Below, in pieces: positions 9,272 through 17,254 of a stretch of DNA of 22,197 nt. The first letter of the stretch is position 1. The number at the start of each line of letters is the position of its first letter. The translations under genes and the position numbers were made by a program. The DNA is from Paraspadella gotoi (Eukaryota > Animalia > Chaetognatha), in the NCBI GenBank assembly GCA_051294375.1, contig JBJCIZ010000039.1, positions 1-22,197 on the forward strand, in the 5' to 3' direction. A model generated the notes under the pieces. The model did not search any database, had not been told where the DNA came from, and was given only the letters and a program-made list of their open reading frames with translations.

Positions 9272-10465
9272 ATGTCGGGAGAAGAAGCAACCAGGTCGCG
9301 ACAAGCCCTTGAAAACAAAGTTCGCGAGCAGCGGACAGAAATAAACACTTTGAAAGTATCGCTTGAGCGGGCCGAGCGTGACGTATCTTTCTTACGGACG
9401 CGCCTTCGCCATGAAGAACATGAAATGAATCATCTTCGATCGTCTCTTCGCCTTTGTCATGAGACATTAAGTTCTGCAATAAATCCACCCTCAGGTGGAA
9501 CATCGCGACCATCAAGTTATGATGGTTATCGTCAAGGGGAGCGTCGCTCAATGATTCCGCGTCAGAATCGTTTTATTCAGAAACGTCCGCAATCAGCCTC
9601 AACCCCGGAGCGTGATCGAATCCGGAAAACCTCTCTGTCTCCGGTTCCGCGGAAAAAAGCTGAAAGAAGCAAGTCGCCTGAATACACGGTGGAAGATTTG
9701 CAAGAAGCAGATGAGCGCCGTCTCTCGATCAACTTAAAGGCAAGAGAAATCTTGGCTAAAGATCAAGATGACAACGGGCGAAAGCGATCAGGAGCACGTT
9801 CCCAAGAGTGTCGTCGTCGAGATACCGAGCGCAAGGACGACGATCGTAGAAAGGAAGATACGGTAGTAATTCCGAAACAAAAGCCACCGGAAAACCAGGA
9901 ACAAAGTCGAACAGAAAAAGAAAAGAAAGCAAAGAGAAAAGACAATGAGAAGACCGATAGCGAATCCGACCTGTCGCTTATTGCCCGTTGTTCGGACGTC
10001 GACATGATAAACCTAAGTCTGGGCTCCAACCTCCCGTCATCGCCAAAAGAGCCGACATCCTACCAGGCCCTTGAAATGGCCCCGCCTTCGTCTTCCAAAG
10101 GCAAAAAGTCTTCCAAGGAACCAAAAAAATCGGTGGATGAAGGGAGCGTAAGGCATATGCTCGACCTACTGAAGAAGTACAAGGATAAGGCGGATTGCAA
10201 GGAGCCGACGCATCAATTTGGGCAGCATTTTGCTCGCCGTTTGGCCCAAAAACGAAAATATCTTTCCATTAAAGAATTTCTCAAAGATAATTGCAAGTGC
10301 TGTGGCCTAGATCATCAGGAGGAAAAAAGATGTGAGCCTAGATGTCCAAGTTGTTGGCATAAACACCGTGGGCATAAAGGCCCATGCTGTCAATGCATAG
10401 TTGATTGGAATGAGGAATTAAAGAAACTATGGGATAGACTGGCGTCCTCGAGCTCTGGAGATTGA
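9272..10465 (+). CDS. Coiled-coil, R/S/K-rich protein with Cys/His-rich C-terminus (~397 aa)
   Basis: Heptad-like LENKVREQRTEINTLKVSLERAERDVSFL; charged low-complexity middle; CKCCGLDH...CEPRCPSCWHKHRGHKGPCCQC; upstream in-frame part (9155-9271) is T-rich with TTTCCAG ending 9217. Confidence 0.7.
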   Translation: MSGEEATRSRQALENKVREQRTEINTLKVSLERAERDVSFLRTRLRHEEHEMNHLRSSLRLCHETLSSAINPPSGGTSRPSSYDGYRQGERRSMIPRQNRFIQKRPQSASTPERDRIRKTSLSPVPRKKAERSKSPEYTVEDLQEADERRLSINLKAREILAKDQDDNGRKRSGARSQECRRRDTERKDDDRRKEDTVVIPKQKPPENQEQSRTEKEKKAKRKDNEKTDSESDLSLIARCSDVDMINLSLGSNLPSSPKEPTSYQALEMAPPSSSKGKKSSKEPKKSVDEGSVRHMLDLLKKYKDKADCKEPTHQFGQHFARRLAQKRKYLSIKEFLKDNCKCCGLDHQEEKRCEPRCPSCWHKHRGHKGPCCQCIVDWNEELKKLWDRLASSSSGD

Positions 10466-10556
10466 GTTCTTTAGCTTTTCAGTTCAATTGCTTGGGTTCA
10501 ATTTCTTGGGTTCTGGAGATTGAGTTCTTTAGCTTTTCAGTTCATTTGCTTGGGTT
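10454..10556 (+). repeat. ~45-bp direct duplication (period 58) spanning the stop codon of the Cys-rich ORF
   Basis: TCTGGAGATTGAGTTCTTTAGCTTTTCAGTTCA(A/T)TTGCTTGGGTT at 10454 and 10512. Confidence 0.9.
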
Positions 10557-10785
10557 TGCGTTTTGGTTACAAAAGTCTTGTTTTTAGTTGGTTTTTTTTT
10601 TTTTTTTTCTTCTTTTAGTCAATTGTGTTCTATCTGTACGTTTTAAAATATGTGAAATGAAAATTTGACATTTGTCCTTTCACTTACTTGTTTCATTTAT
10701 CTTCTGTTAGGAAGATCATCATCATCATTATGATTATATATTGTTGCACAACAACCTTATTTGAAAATGACATTTTTATATTCAG

Positions 10786-12375
10786 ATGGAATTATTCAGT
10801 GAAAATATTTTTACTGTGTTTGAAGATGAACATTACGCCGCTATAAACGTTAAAAGCCATCAAGCCACGGATCCCGAGTTGACTACAATTGTCAACATAA
10901 TAAATGAGAAAACTGAAACGCTAGAGAAATCCCTACTGCCGTGGCGAAATTCGTTTAAACAACTCTGTGTTGAAGATGGTATTCTGTACAAGGCAACTAC
11001 CAATGGTCTCGTGTTGGTCGTCCCAAAATCTCTGCGCACTAAAATTTTACATCGCGTTCATGGCTCGAAGTGGGCATCGCATTTTGGGATCAACCGGAGC
11101 TATCATGTTTTAAAAAGCAGGTATTTTTGGCCTTTAATGCTTAAGGATTTAGAAGAGTTTATAAGTCAATGTGAAGAATGTTTAAGGCGAAAGAACCCAG
11201 TAAAATCACAAAGTTCCTATTCTCAACCTATTAATTTTGCTTCCACACCAGGAGAGGTTATCGCACTCGATGTTAAAGGCCCTTACATTACGAGCGAAAA
11301 AACGAATGCCTATCCTTTTGAATGCCGGTTCTGCCTCGTCATCGTTGACTACGCCAGCAGGTATTCTATGGCGATTCCGTGTGAAAATGTAAAGGCGGAG
11401 GTGGTGGTTGCGCATTTGTTTAATCGCTGGTTTCCTTTGTTTGGTCTCCCGACGAGAATAGTAACGGATAATGGGCGAAATTTTAAATCTAAGATTATTA
11501 AATATATGTTACAGTGTCTTCAAATTGATCATAGTTTTACTGCCATTTATCACCCTCAGTCTAACGGGTTGTGTGAATCAATCAACAGAGTACTGGGCGG
11601 GATTCTTTCTTCCACTATTGACGGCACTGTGGAAAAATGGCCCAGCTTCATCGACGCCACCATGCTGGGATACAACTCGGCTCCCCAAGAAACAACAAGA
11701 GTCTCCCCAAATCACATTATCTTTGGGCGCGAGTTGGTTCAACCACTGGACATTGTGTTTAACACAAATCCGTATTCGAAGGTAAAAATATCAGTAGACA
11801 AATATATAATTGAAAGAAATACATTAAGGGAAAAAGCTTTAAATTTTGCAATTTTGAATACATCTATGTCGCAGGAAAAAACGGCAAAACGTCTTGCAAA
11901 TGAAAAGGTAATCAACGATTTGGAGCCGGGCGATCCTGTTGCTTATAAACTGCCCAGAAAGAAAAACAAACTGAAACCAAAATGGGAAATTAACTATAAG
12001 GTAAAAAAGAAAATTTCGCCATTGACATATGTAATTAGTAATGATGTAAAATCAAAAGTAGTTAATCGATCTCTGTTGAAAAAAGTTCCACCAAAATCAG
12101 AACTTTCCTCATTTGATATTGTAAATTTAGGAAATTTGACCTCGACAGCCAAAGCCGAAAAAACAAAAGATCAAGCTGACGACATTGCCTGGAATCCAGA
12201 CGTTTCAAGTTCGGGTGAAGACGACGCCAGTGATAGTAAATGTGAAGATATCAATGACTGGTCATTCGGTAATAAAGATCATGGCGCGGAACCAACGACT
12301 CTTAATACTTCTTTAACTAAAACTCTACGTAACCGCGATAACTTGAGAAAGCCAAGTCGTTATGAGAAATATTGA
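10786..12375 (+). CDS. Gypsy-type DDE integrase as a stand-alone ORF (529 aa)
   Basis: HHCC zinc domain (HGSKWASHFG...CEEC); ALDVKGP, VTDNGRNF, YHPQSNGLCESINR (D,D,E); GPY/F-like KLKPKWEINYKV; ATG directly after TTCAG. Confidence 0.95.
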   Translation: MELFSENIFTVFEDEHYAAINVKSHQATDPELTTIVNIINEKTETLEKSLLPWRNSFKQLCVEDGILYKATTNGLVLVVPKSLRTKILHRVHGSKWASHFGINRSYHVLKSRYFWPLMLKDLEEFISQCEECLRRKNPVKSQSSYSQPINFASTPGEVIALDVKGPYITSEKTNAYPFECRFCLVIVDYASRYSMAIPCENVKAEVVVAHLFNRWFPLFGLPTRIVTDNGRNFKSKIIKYMLQCLQIDHSFTAIYHPQSNGLCESINRVLGGILSSTIDGTVEKWPSFIDATMLGYNSAPQETTRVSPNHIIFGRELVQPLDIVFNTNPYSKVKISVDKYIIERNTLREKALNFAILNTSMSQEKTAKRLANEKVINDLEPGDPVAYKLPRKKNKLKPKWEINYKVKKKISPLTYVISNDVKSKVVNRSLLKKVPPKSELSSFDIVNLGNLTSTAKAEKTKDQADDIAWNPDVSSSGEDDASDSKCEDINDWSFGNKDHGAEPTTLNTSLTKTLRNRDNLRKPSRYEKY

Positions 12376-12440
12376 TTTCTGTTGTGCTTATTAGACAATT
12401 GGAGTTTTGTTCAAATTTTTTCTGCTTAAATTTTAAATAG

Positions 12441-13436
12441 ATGCCGCGAGAAATTATCAATGATCCGGCCGGGCGCGACCCTAAATTCCTCCCAATAACC
12501 GAGAAAACTTTCATGGGTATTAACTTTAAAGTAAGATGGGAAGAAAGTAAAAGAAATTGTTTGTACAGGACGCTCGCCTCAGGCGTTTTTGGTGGGACGA
12601 AAACTTATAATGAAGTAAAGAATGAGATTATTTACTACGCTAAAAACAATTGGGATGCTTTTGCGCCAATGATCAAAGAGCTTCATGGGATAATTGAATA
12701 TAAAGAGTACGCCACGGCTCTTCAACTCAATCTCCATAGTCCTCGAGAATCTGAGGTTTTGATCGCAACGGAAGCTTTTAAGACTCCGCTCATCGCCATT
12801 CCTTCGGCTCGAGACGATTTCCTTGCGTTTAATCTAAGAAAGTTTACAAGTCGGCCCGTCTTCTTTCTCCTTTCCGCTTTTTTCGACGACGACGTGCGCG
12901 CGTGTTGGCTGCACGCAGATTCGTTGGAGCCGGCAAGACCCCTTACGCGAACGGAGGCACTACGAATGCTTGATCCCCGTGACGAAGGAACACAATTTCT
13001 TGAGACAGGATGTCCAGTTGATTTTAAAGCTGCGGAATTTAAATTACTGTATCGTCTAAAAGTCGTCGAAAATGAATCACTTTGCTCATGGAATGGACTT
13101 CAGTTAAATCCTTGCAAACAAAACATTTTAATGAGCATGAATGTGTTCAGCATTCCCCCGCAACCGGACTCATGGCCTCACCGTATGACGCGTCTTGTCA
13201 TGAACAACCTGTGGCAGCAACACCACGCGCCATTCTGTTCACTAACAGTTGCTTTTGAAAATATCATACTCAGAACGTATATGATGCGAAACGGTGATCG
13301 TGGAAGAAAACTTACATTCTACGATATAGTGGGAGATGAGTGCGCCTTTTGTCTTCATTTTGATGTTGGCGTCAAGTGGGCAAGATCTCCGGTAGAAAGA
13401 AAAGGATCGTTTTTACATTCAGTCTCATCATTTTAA
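12441..13436 (+). CDS. OTU-like cysteine protease (deubiquitinase-like) domain plus unknown C-terminal domain
   Basis: RNCLYRTLASGVFGG..YNEVKNEIIYYAKNNWDAF resembles OTU DGNCLFRA..; ESEVLIATEAF resembles the E-L-x-A helix; WLHADSL resembles HYDSL. Confidence 0.6.
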   Translation: MPREIINDPAGRDPKFLPITEKTFMGINFKVRWEESKRNCLYRTLASGVFGGTKTYNEVKNEIIYYAKNNWDAFAPMIKELHGIIEYKEYATALQLNLHSPRESEVLIATEAFKTPLIAIPSARDDFLAFNLRKFTSRPVFFLLSAFFDDDVRACWLHADSLEPARPLTRTEALRMLDPRDEGTQFLETGCPVDFKAAEFKLLYRLKVVENESLCSWNGLQLNPCKQNILMSMNVFSIPPQPDSWPHRMTRLVMNNLWQQHHAPFCSLTVAFENIILRTYMMRNGDRGRKLTFYDIVGDECAFCLHFDVGVKWARSPVERKGSFLHSVSSF

Positions 13437-13942
13437 TGACTGTAACGGAAGTTGTTGTGAACAACGAATATGCCACCAGCATTTACAGGCACGGGAGATC
13501 CTCAACGGCGTGTAACCGTTCAGATGAAAAGATATGTTGCCAATGCGGGAGGATGATGCTGGAAAAGATTGGAATCGATATGTCCGGGACGAGAGAAGTG
13601 GACGAATGGGTCTCTTCCCTCTTTATTAATCGGAGGTATTGTTCAAGAGACAATGTTTTTCGCGTACAACGCTACCTCGCTCTTGAAGCCCTCATGCCGA
13701 AAGGGGCGACGTTCCACCCCCTCTTCGTGGCTCTTCTTCTCAGCTATGGACTCGATTATCTACTAAAATTGAAAGCCGTTCAAAGTGACGCCTTCCTAGA
13801 AAACCAATGGTCAAAAATTCGATCGCTATTCACCGAAGAACGTCGTCTCAAAACGTATCAAGGAATGTACGTTGTCGAGGGAGTCTATCAGACGGGTAAA
13901 ACGCGCCGACGATTTCTTACTGTTGAGCAACAATGGGAATAG
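13436..13942 (+). CDS. Hypothetical protein (~168 aa) with N-terminal Cys/His cluster
   Basis: ATG 13436 overlaps the upstream stop (TAATG); HGRSSTAC...CCQC; acceptor TTTTTACATTCAG ending 13422; AATAAA downstream at 14095. Confidence 0.6.
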   Translation: MTVTEVVVNNEYATSIYRHGRSSTACNRSDEKICCQCGRMMLEKIGIDMSGTREVDEWVSSLFINRRYCSRDNVFRVQRYLALEALMPKGATFHPLFVALLLSYGLDYLLKLKAVQSDAFLENQWSKIRSLFTEERRLKTYQGMYVVEGVYQTGKTRRRFLTVEQQWE

Positions 13943-14326
13943 TTTTTAAATTTTTTTGTGTAGTCAATTTTAATTCGTTTCAAGTAATCTTTGAGGACGA
14001 TTTTATTTTATATACTTTGCCTCGTCATTTGTTCTATGAAAATTTTATTTAAACGTCGTCAATTGTCATGAGTAAAATTCTATCCACGTTTAAAAATAAA
14101 AAGAATTCTTTGTCCTCCACTTGAGTAAAATTAAAGCAAATCCTTAGTCAGCATTTATAATTAAGAAGGGAATTCGAAGTGGTACAGGAAATAAATAATC
14201 GTCATTAATAAATTAAATATAACCATGATAGGATCTTAGCCTGTAGGACTATCGCGGCGGTTTGGTGTTCTGCCCGGCGGATACGTCGATCTAAGAAATT
14301 CTCAGCGCTCATTGATAGTAGTCGTT

Positions 14327-14456
14327 CTGGTCGGGGAGAGTTGCAACCTTTTCATCACCCTGTTCCGGACTCCTGGTCGGGGAGAGTCGCAGCCTTTTCG
14401 TCATCCTGGTCGGGGAGAATCATTATTTCGTGACTCGGAATCCTGGTCGGGGAGAG
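14327..14456 (+). repeat. Four copies of CTGGTCGGGGAGA with related spacers
   Basis: Copies at 14327, 14373, 14406, 14443; fifth partial copy TGGTCGGGGAG at 15243. Confidence 0.9.
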
Positions 14457-14835
14457 ATCTCCGATATCACCTACAATTTACACACATTACAATAGGAACT
14501 AAAGACTAAAGACGTCATCAAATTAAGGTGAAGATTTTGATTTATTAATACGTCTCATTGGTTTGTTTTTTTGTTTTTTGTTTTTTTTGTTTTTTTTTGG
14601 TTTTGTTTTTACAGATAAGTTTTTAGAACTGTGTTTCTGTAAAAATTTTTTTTTTTAAGTGCGTCTCTCTGTAAAATTGTCGTTTTTGTTTTTTTTTGTG
14701 TGGGTTTTCTAGATTCTTTAATTTGCCTCTTTAGATTGTATCTCTGTCATTAAAGGTAAGTATAAGAGATAGATTCTTAAAACAATACTGAATAAGATTG
14801 AGATTTTATCAATCCCATTTGTATAAAGTAGTAAA

Positions 14836-15207
14836 TCATTTTAAGTCCAATTGATTTTTGTACCGTTTCATTAGTGGGCATATTATTAGATTACCATGCG
14901 GTTCTATATTGTTTAATAGTTTAATTAATTCATGGTTAATTTTGTGATGACTTGATAGAATAATTATGTTATTAATGATTGAGAGTTTATCTCTATCTTG
15001 GGTGACCTTTTCATAACTCATAAATACTTTATTATTCAAAGGTGAAATCCATGGTCGAATTGGACAAAGGAAGTACTCCCATGATAGAATTCCATATTTC
15101 ATATACCTGAGCCCCACTCCTATATAAGTTTTTAGTAACTGTGTCTCTGTAATTTCTTTTCTTTTTTTTATTGAAATGAATATTTTTGTAGCAGGTGCCG
15201 TTGCCAA
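14836..15207 (-). CDS. Possible antisense hypothetical protein (123 aa)
   Basis: Open 123 codons in very AT-rich DNA; no recognisable motif; non-ATG start in the track. Confidence 0.25.
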   Translation of the reverse strand: MATAPATKIFISIKKRKEITETQLLKTYIGVGLRYMKYGILSWEYFLCPIRPWISPLNNKVFMSYEKVTQDRDKLSIINNIIILSSHHKINHELIKLLNNIEPHGNLIICPLMKRYKNQLDLK

Positions 15208-15257
15208 GTCTTAGGGTTGTAGTTTTGGGGACCAAAACCGGGTGGTCGGGGAGGATG

Positions 15258-15402
15258 TTTCTTCCTTCCTATCCTTAGGTTGCTGAGCAGGGATGAGAAT
15301 ATTAGCTCAGGTACCTCCTCTTTCCTTCCTATCCTTAGGTTGCTGAGCAGGGGTGAGAATACTAGCTCAGGTACCTCTCTCTTCCTTCCTATCCTGAGCA
15401 GG
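15258..15402 (+). repeat. 60-bp tandem repeat, ~2.4 copies, next to the assembly gap
   Basis: TTCCTTCCTATCCTTAGGTTGCTGAGCAGGG..GAGAATA.TAGCTCAGGTACCTC repeated with period 60. Confidence 0.9.
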
Positions 15403-15421
15403 GCGAGATCCCTAGCCTCGT

Positions 15422-15446
15422 NNNNNNNNNNNNNNNNNNNNNNNNN
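15422..15446. other. Assembly gap (25 N)
   Basis: N run. Confidence 1.
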
Positions 15447-15783
15447 TTCTTTACATTTTATTTGGTTATTTTATATGATACGATCATAGAAAGTGAATTA
15501 GTCCATTTTGGTGAAATTTTTATTTAAAGTAAAAGTAAAAGAGGAGCTAACGATCGGAATTCTAAGAGTTTTCAACCGGGAGTCAGATTCAGTAAAAATC
15601 TTCTATGGCGAAAATCTTCAAAGAAGGGGTGGATTTTCCGAAGATTTTGGTTGATATTTTCTATATTTATGGTAGGATTTTTTTGAAACTTAATATTAAC
15701 AATATTGCCATCATTCTACTTGGCCGGTATAAGAATATATTAACAAAGTTTGATTTTATTTTGCAACGAATTTTATTTTATAA

Positions 15784-15828
15784 GAGCAGACATGTTTCGG
15801 CTCACAATACGAGCCTTCTTCAGCGCAC
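15784..15828 (-). ncRNA. Minimal type I hammerhead ribozyme, Penelope-like-element/retrozyme style
   Basis: Minus strand reads GTGCG-CTGAAGA-A-GGCTC(gtattgt)GAGCC-GAAA-CATGTC-TGCTC: CUGANGA and GAAA cores, 5-bp stem II, palindromic ACATGT stem III, GUC cleavage triplet; AATAAA follows. Confidence 0.75.
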
Positions 15829-15863
15829 ATGAGTTATGAACTTGATACAAGTTTTTAGTTAAA

Positions 15864-15866
<3 letters not shown>

Positions 15867-15897
<31 letters not shown>
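15867..15897 (+). repeat. (AG)n microsatellite
   Basis: About 15 AG units; a degenerate second tract lies at ~16005-16039. Confidence 0.9.
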
Positions 15898-15900
<3 letters not shown>

Positions 15901-17254
15901 AAGGTTTCCAACAAAGAATTGAGTAAGGACAGTGATCAGTGGTGAGGACAGATTTTAGGAAGTGGCTAGTTTGAATAAGTTTTGAAAAGAAGTGAAAATT
16001 GGTGAGAGAGATAGAGAGAGAGAAGGGAGAGAGAGAGAGACAAAATAATAAATAATTACATTTGAGCAATGTACAACATAGATAAAGATAATGGAAACTG
16101 TTTTATAACAAATTGAAATAATAATTTTTGAAATGAAATTGAAAAGTTGAAAATTGAAATTGAGAAGTTGAAAATTTGAGATTTTAGAGAGATAGATAAG
16201 TAAGATTGTAGTGAAATATAAGAATTAAGAAAGAGCTCAAAATGAGCTGGGCCCCCCCGGTCTTATGAAGGAGAGGTATTGCTGACGGGGCGCGGTCATT
16301 GGCCGCGTCATGGGTTGAAGGATAATGGATTGATCTCGTGTTGGCTGGGTCAGGTATTGCTCCCTGAGGAAACAAACCCAAGGCCACCCTTATATCCCTC
16401 TGGCCTGATGCGCCTGCCGGTGGCCCTCTTCTCACCTGACGGGGAGGTGGGCGGGTATCCACTCTTGCCACTTTAGTGACTGGGATGGTGGAATCCTCAT
16501 CTTCCTGTAGCCGTCGTTTGGGGCGACGCCCAGACCTCAGAGAAAGAGGCTGAGTTGCTGCCCGGAGATTCGGAGTGTCAGGTGCCCATCGCTTAACGAG
16601 GGTCTCCGCCTTACCCGTTGAGTAGGGATAGGATCTCTCTTTCTTTTAATTTTGAGAGCCCTTCAGACATATGGCTATCGGATTCCTAAATTTGAAGTTT
16701 ATTGTAAAATCACAACATACCTTAAATGCGTTGACATTGTATTTAAGTTGAGAAATCCCTTTATTTTATATATAAAAATTGCATCGAAAATATTTTCCCG
16801 AGCGGACCAGTCTATTTGAATCTGATGGTTTGATGTCAAAATGATGGTTATTTGTCAAGAGGGAAAAAATGCGAGCCCTTCAGATCCAACAGGATCGGAA
16901 TCGAGTGTTTTTACATCTATTTTTTACCTGAATTTTTCCCAGGGGTGTTGACATTATTTGGTAGTCAGATTTTAATGAAAATCTCCATTGATTTCTAAGA
17001 ACGACGTCGACTCCTACCTGGCGAATAGTTTTCGAGCGTCGTCGGGCTTTCGAACTTCACTAGGGATACTGGTTTCTGCGAAGGGAGAAAATTTTGGGAA
17101 ATAAAATTTTCGGGCCAGTTCTTTGGGACCGGTAGAACGTTGACAATTTACCGAATACGTACATCGACCACACCGCGCTGAACGAGGACGCCGTCAAACC
17201 CGGAGACCGGTGAGGAACGGAGAAGAGCGTATTAAACCCTGAAGCCGACGCAAA

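Larger units (their letters stand above)
2014..13942 (+). mobile_element. Complex Ty3/Gypsy-like retroelement with stand-alone integrase and six accessory ORFs (termini not defined)
   Basis: Domain order gag-PR-RT-RH...INT (Gypsy order); all ORFs co-oriented and closely packed; LTRs and PBS not found. Confidence 0.8.

Noticed and set aside
14327-14456. CRISPR-like repeat-spacer appearance
   Set aside because: Repeat only 13-14 bp, spacers uneven and related to each other, no cas genes, eukaryotic context
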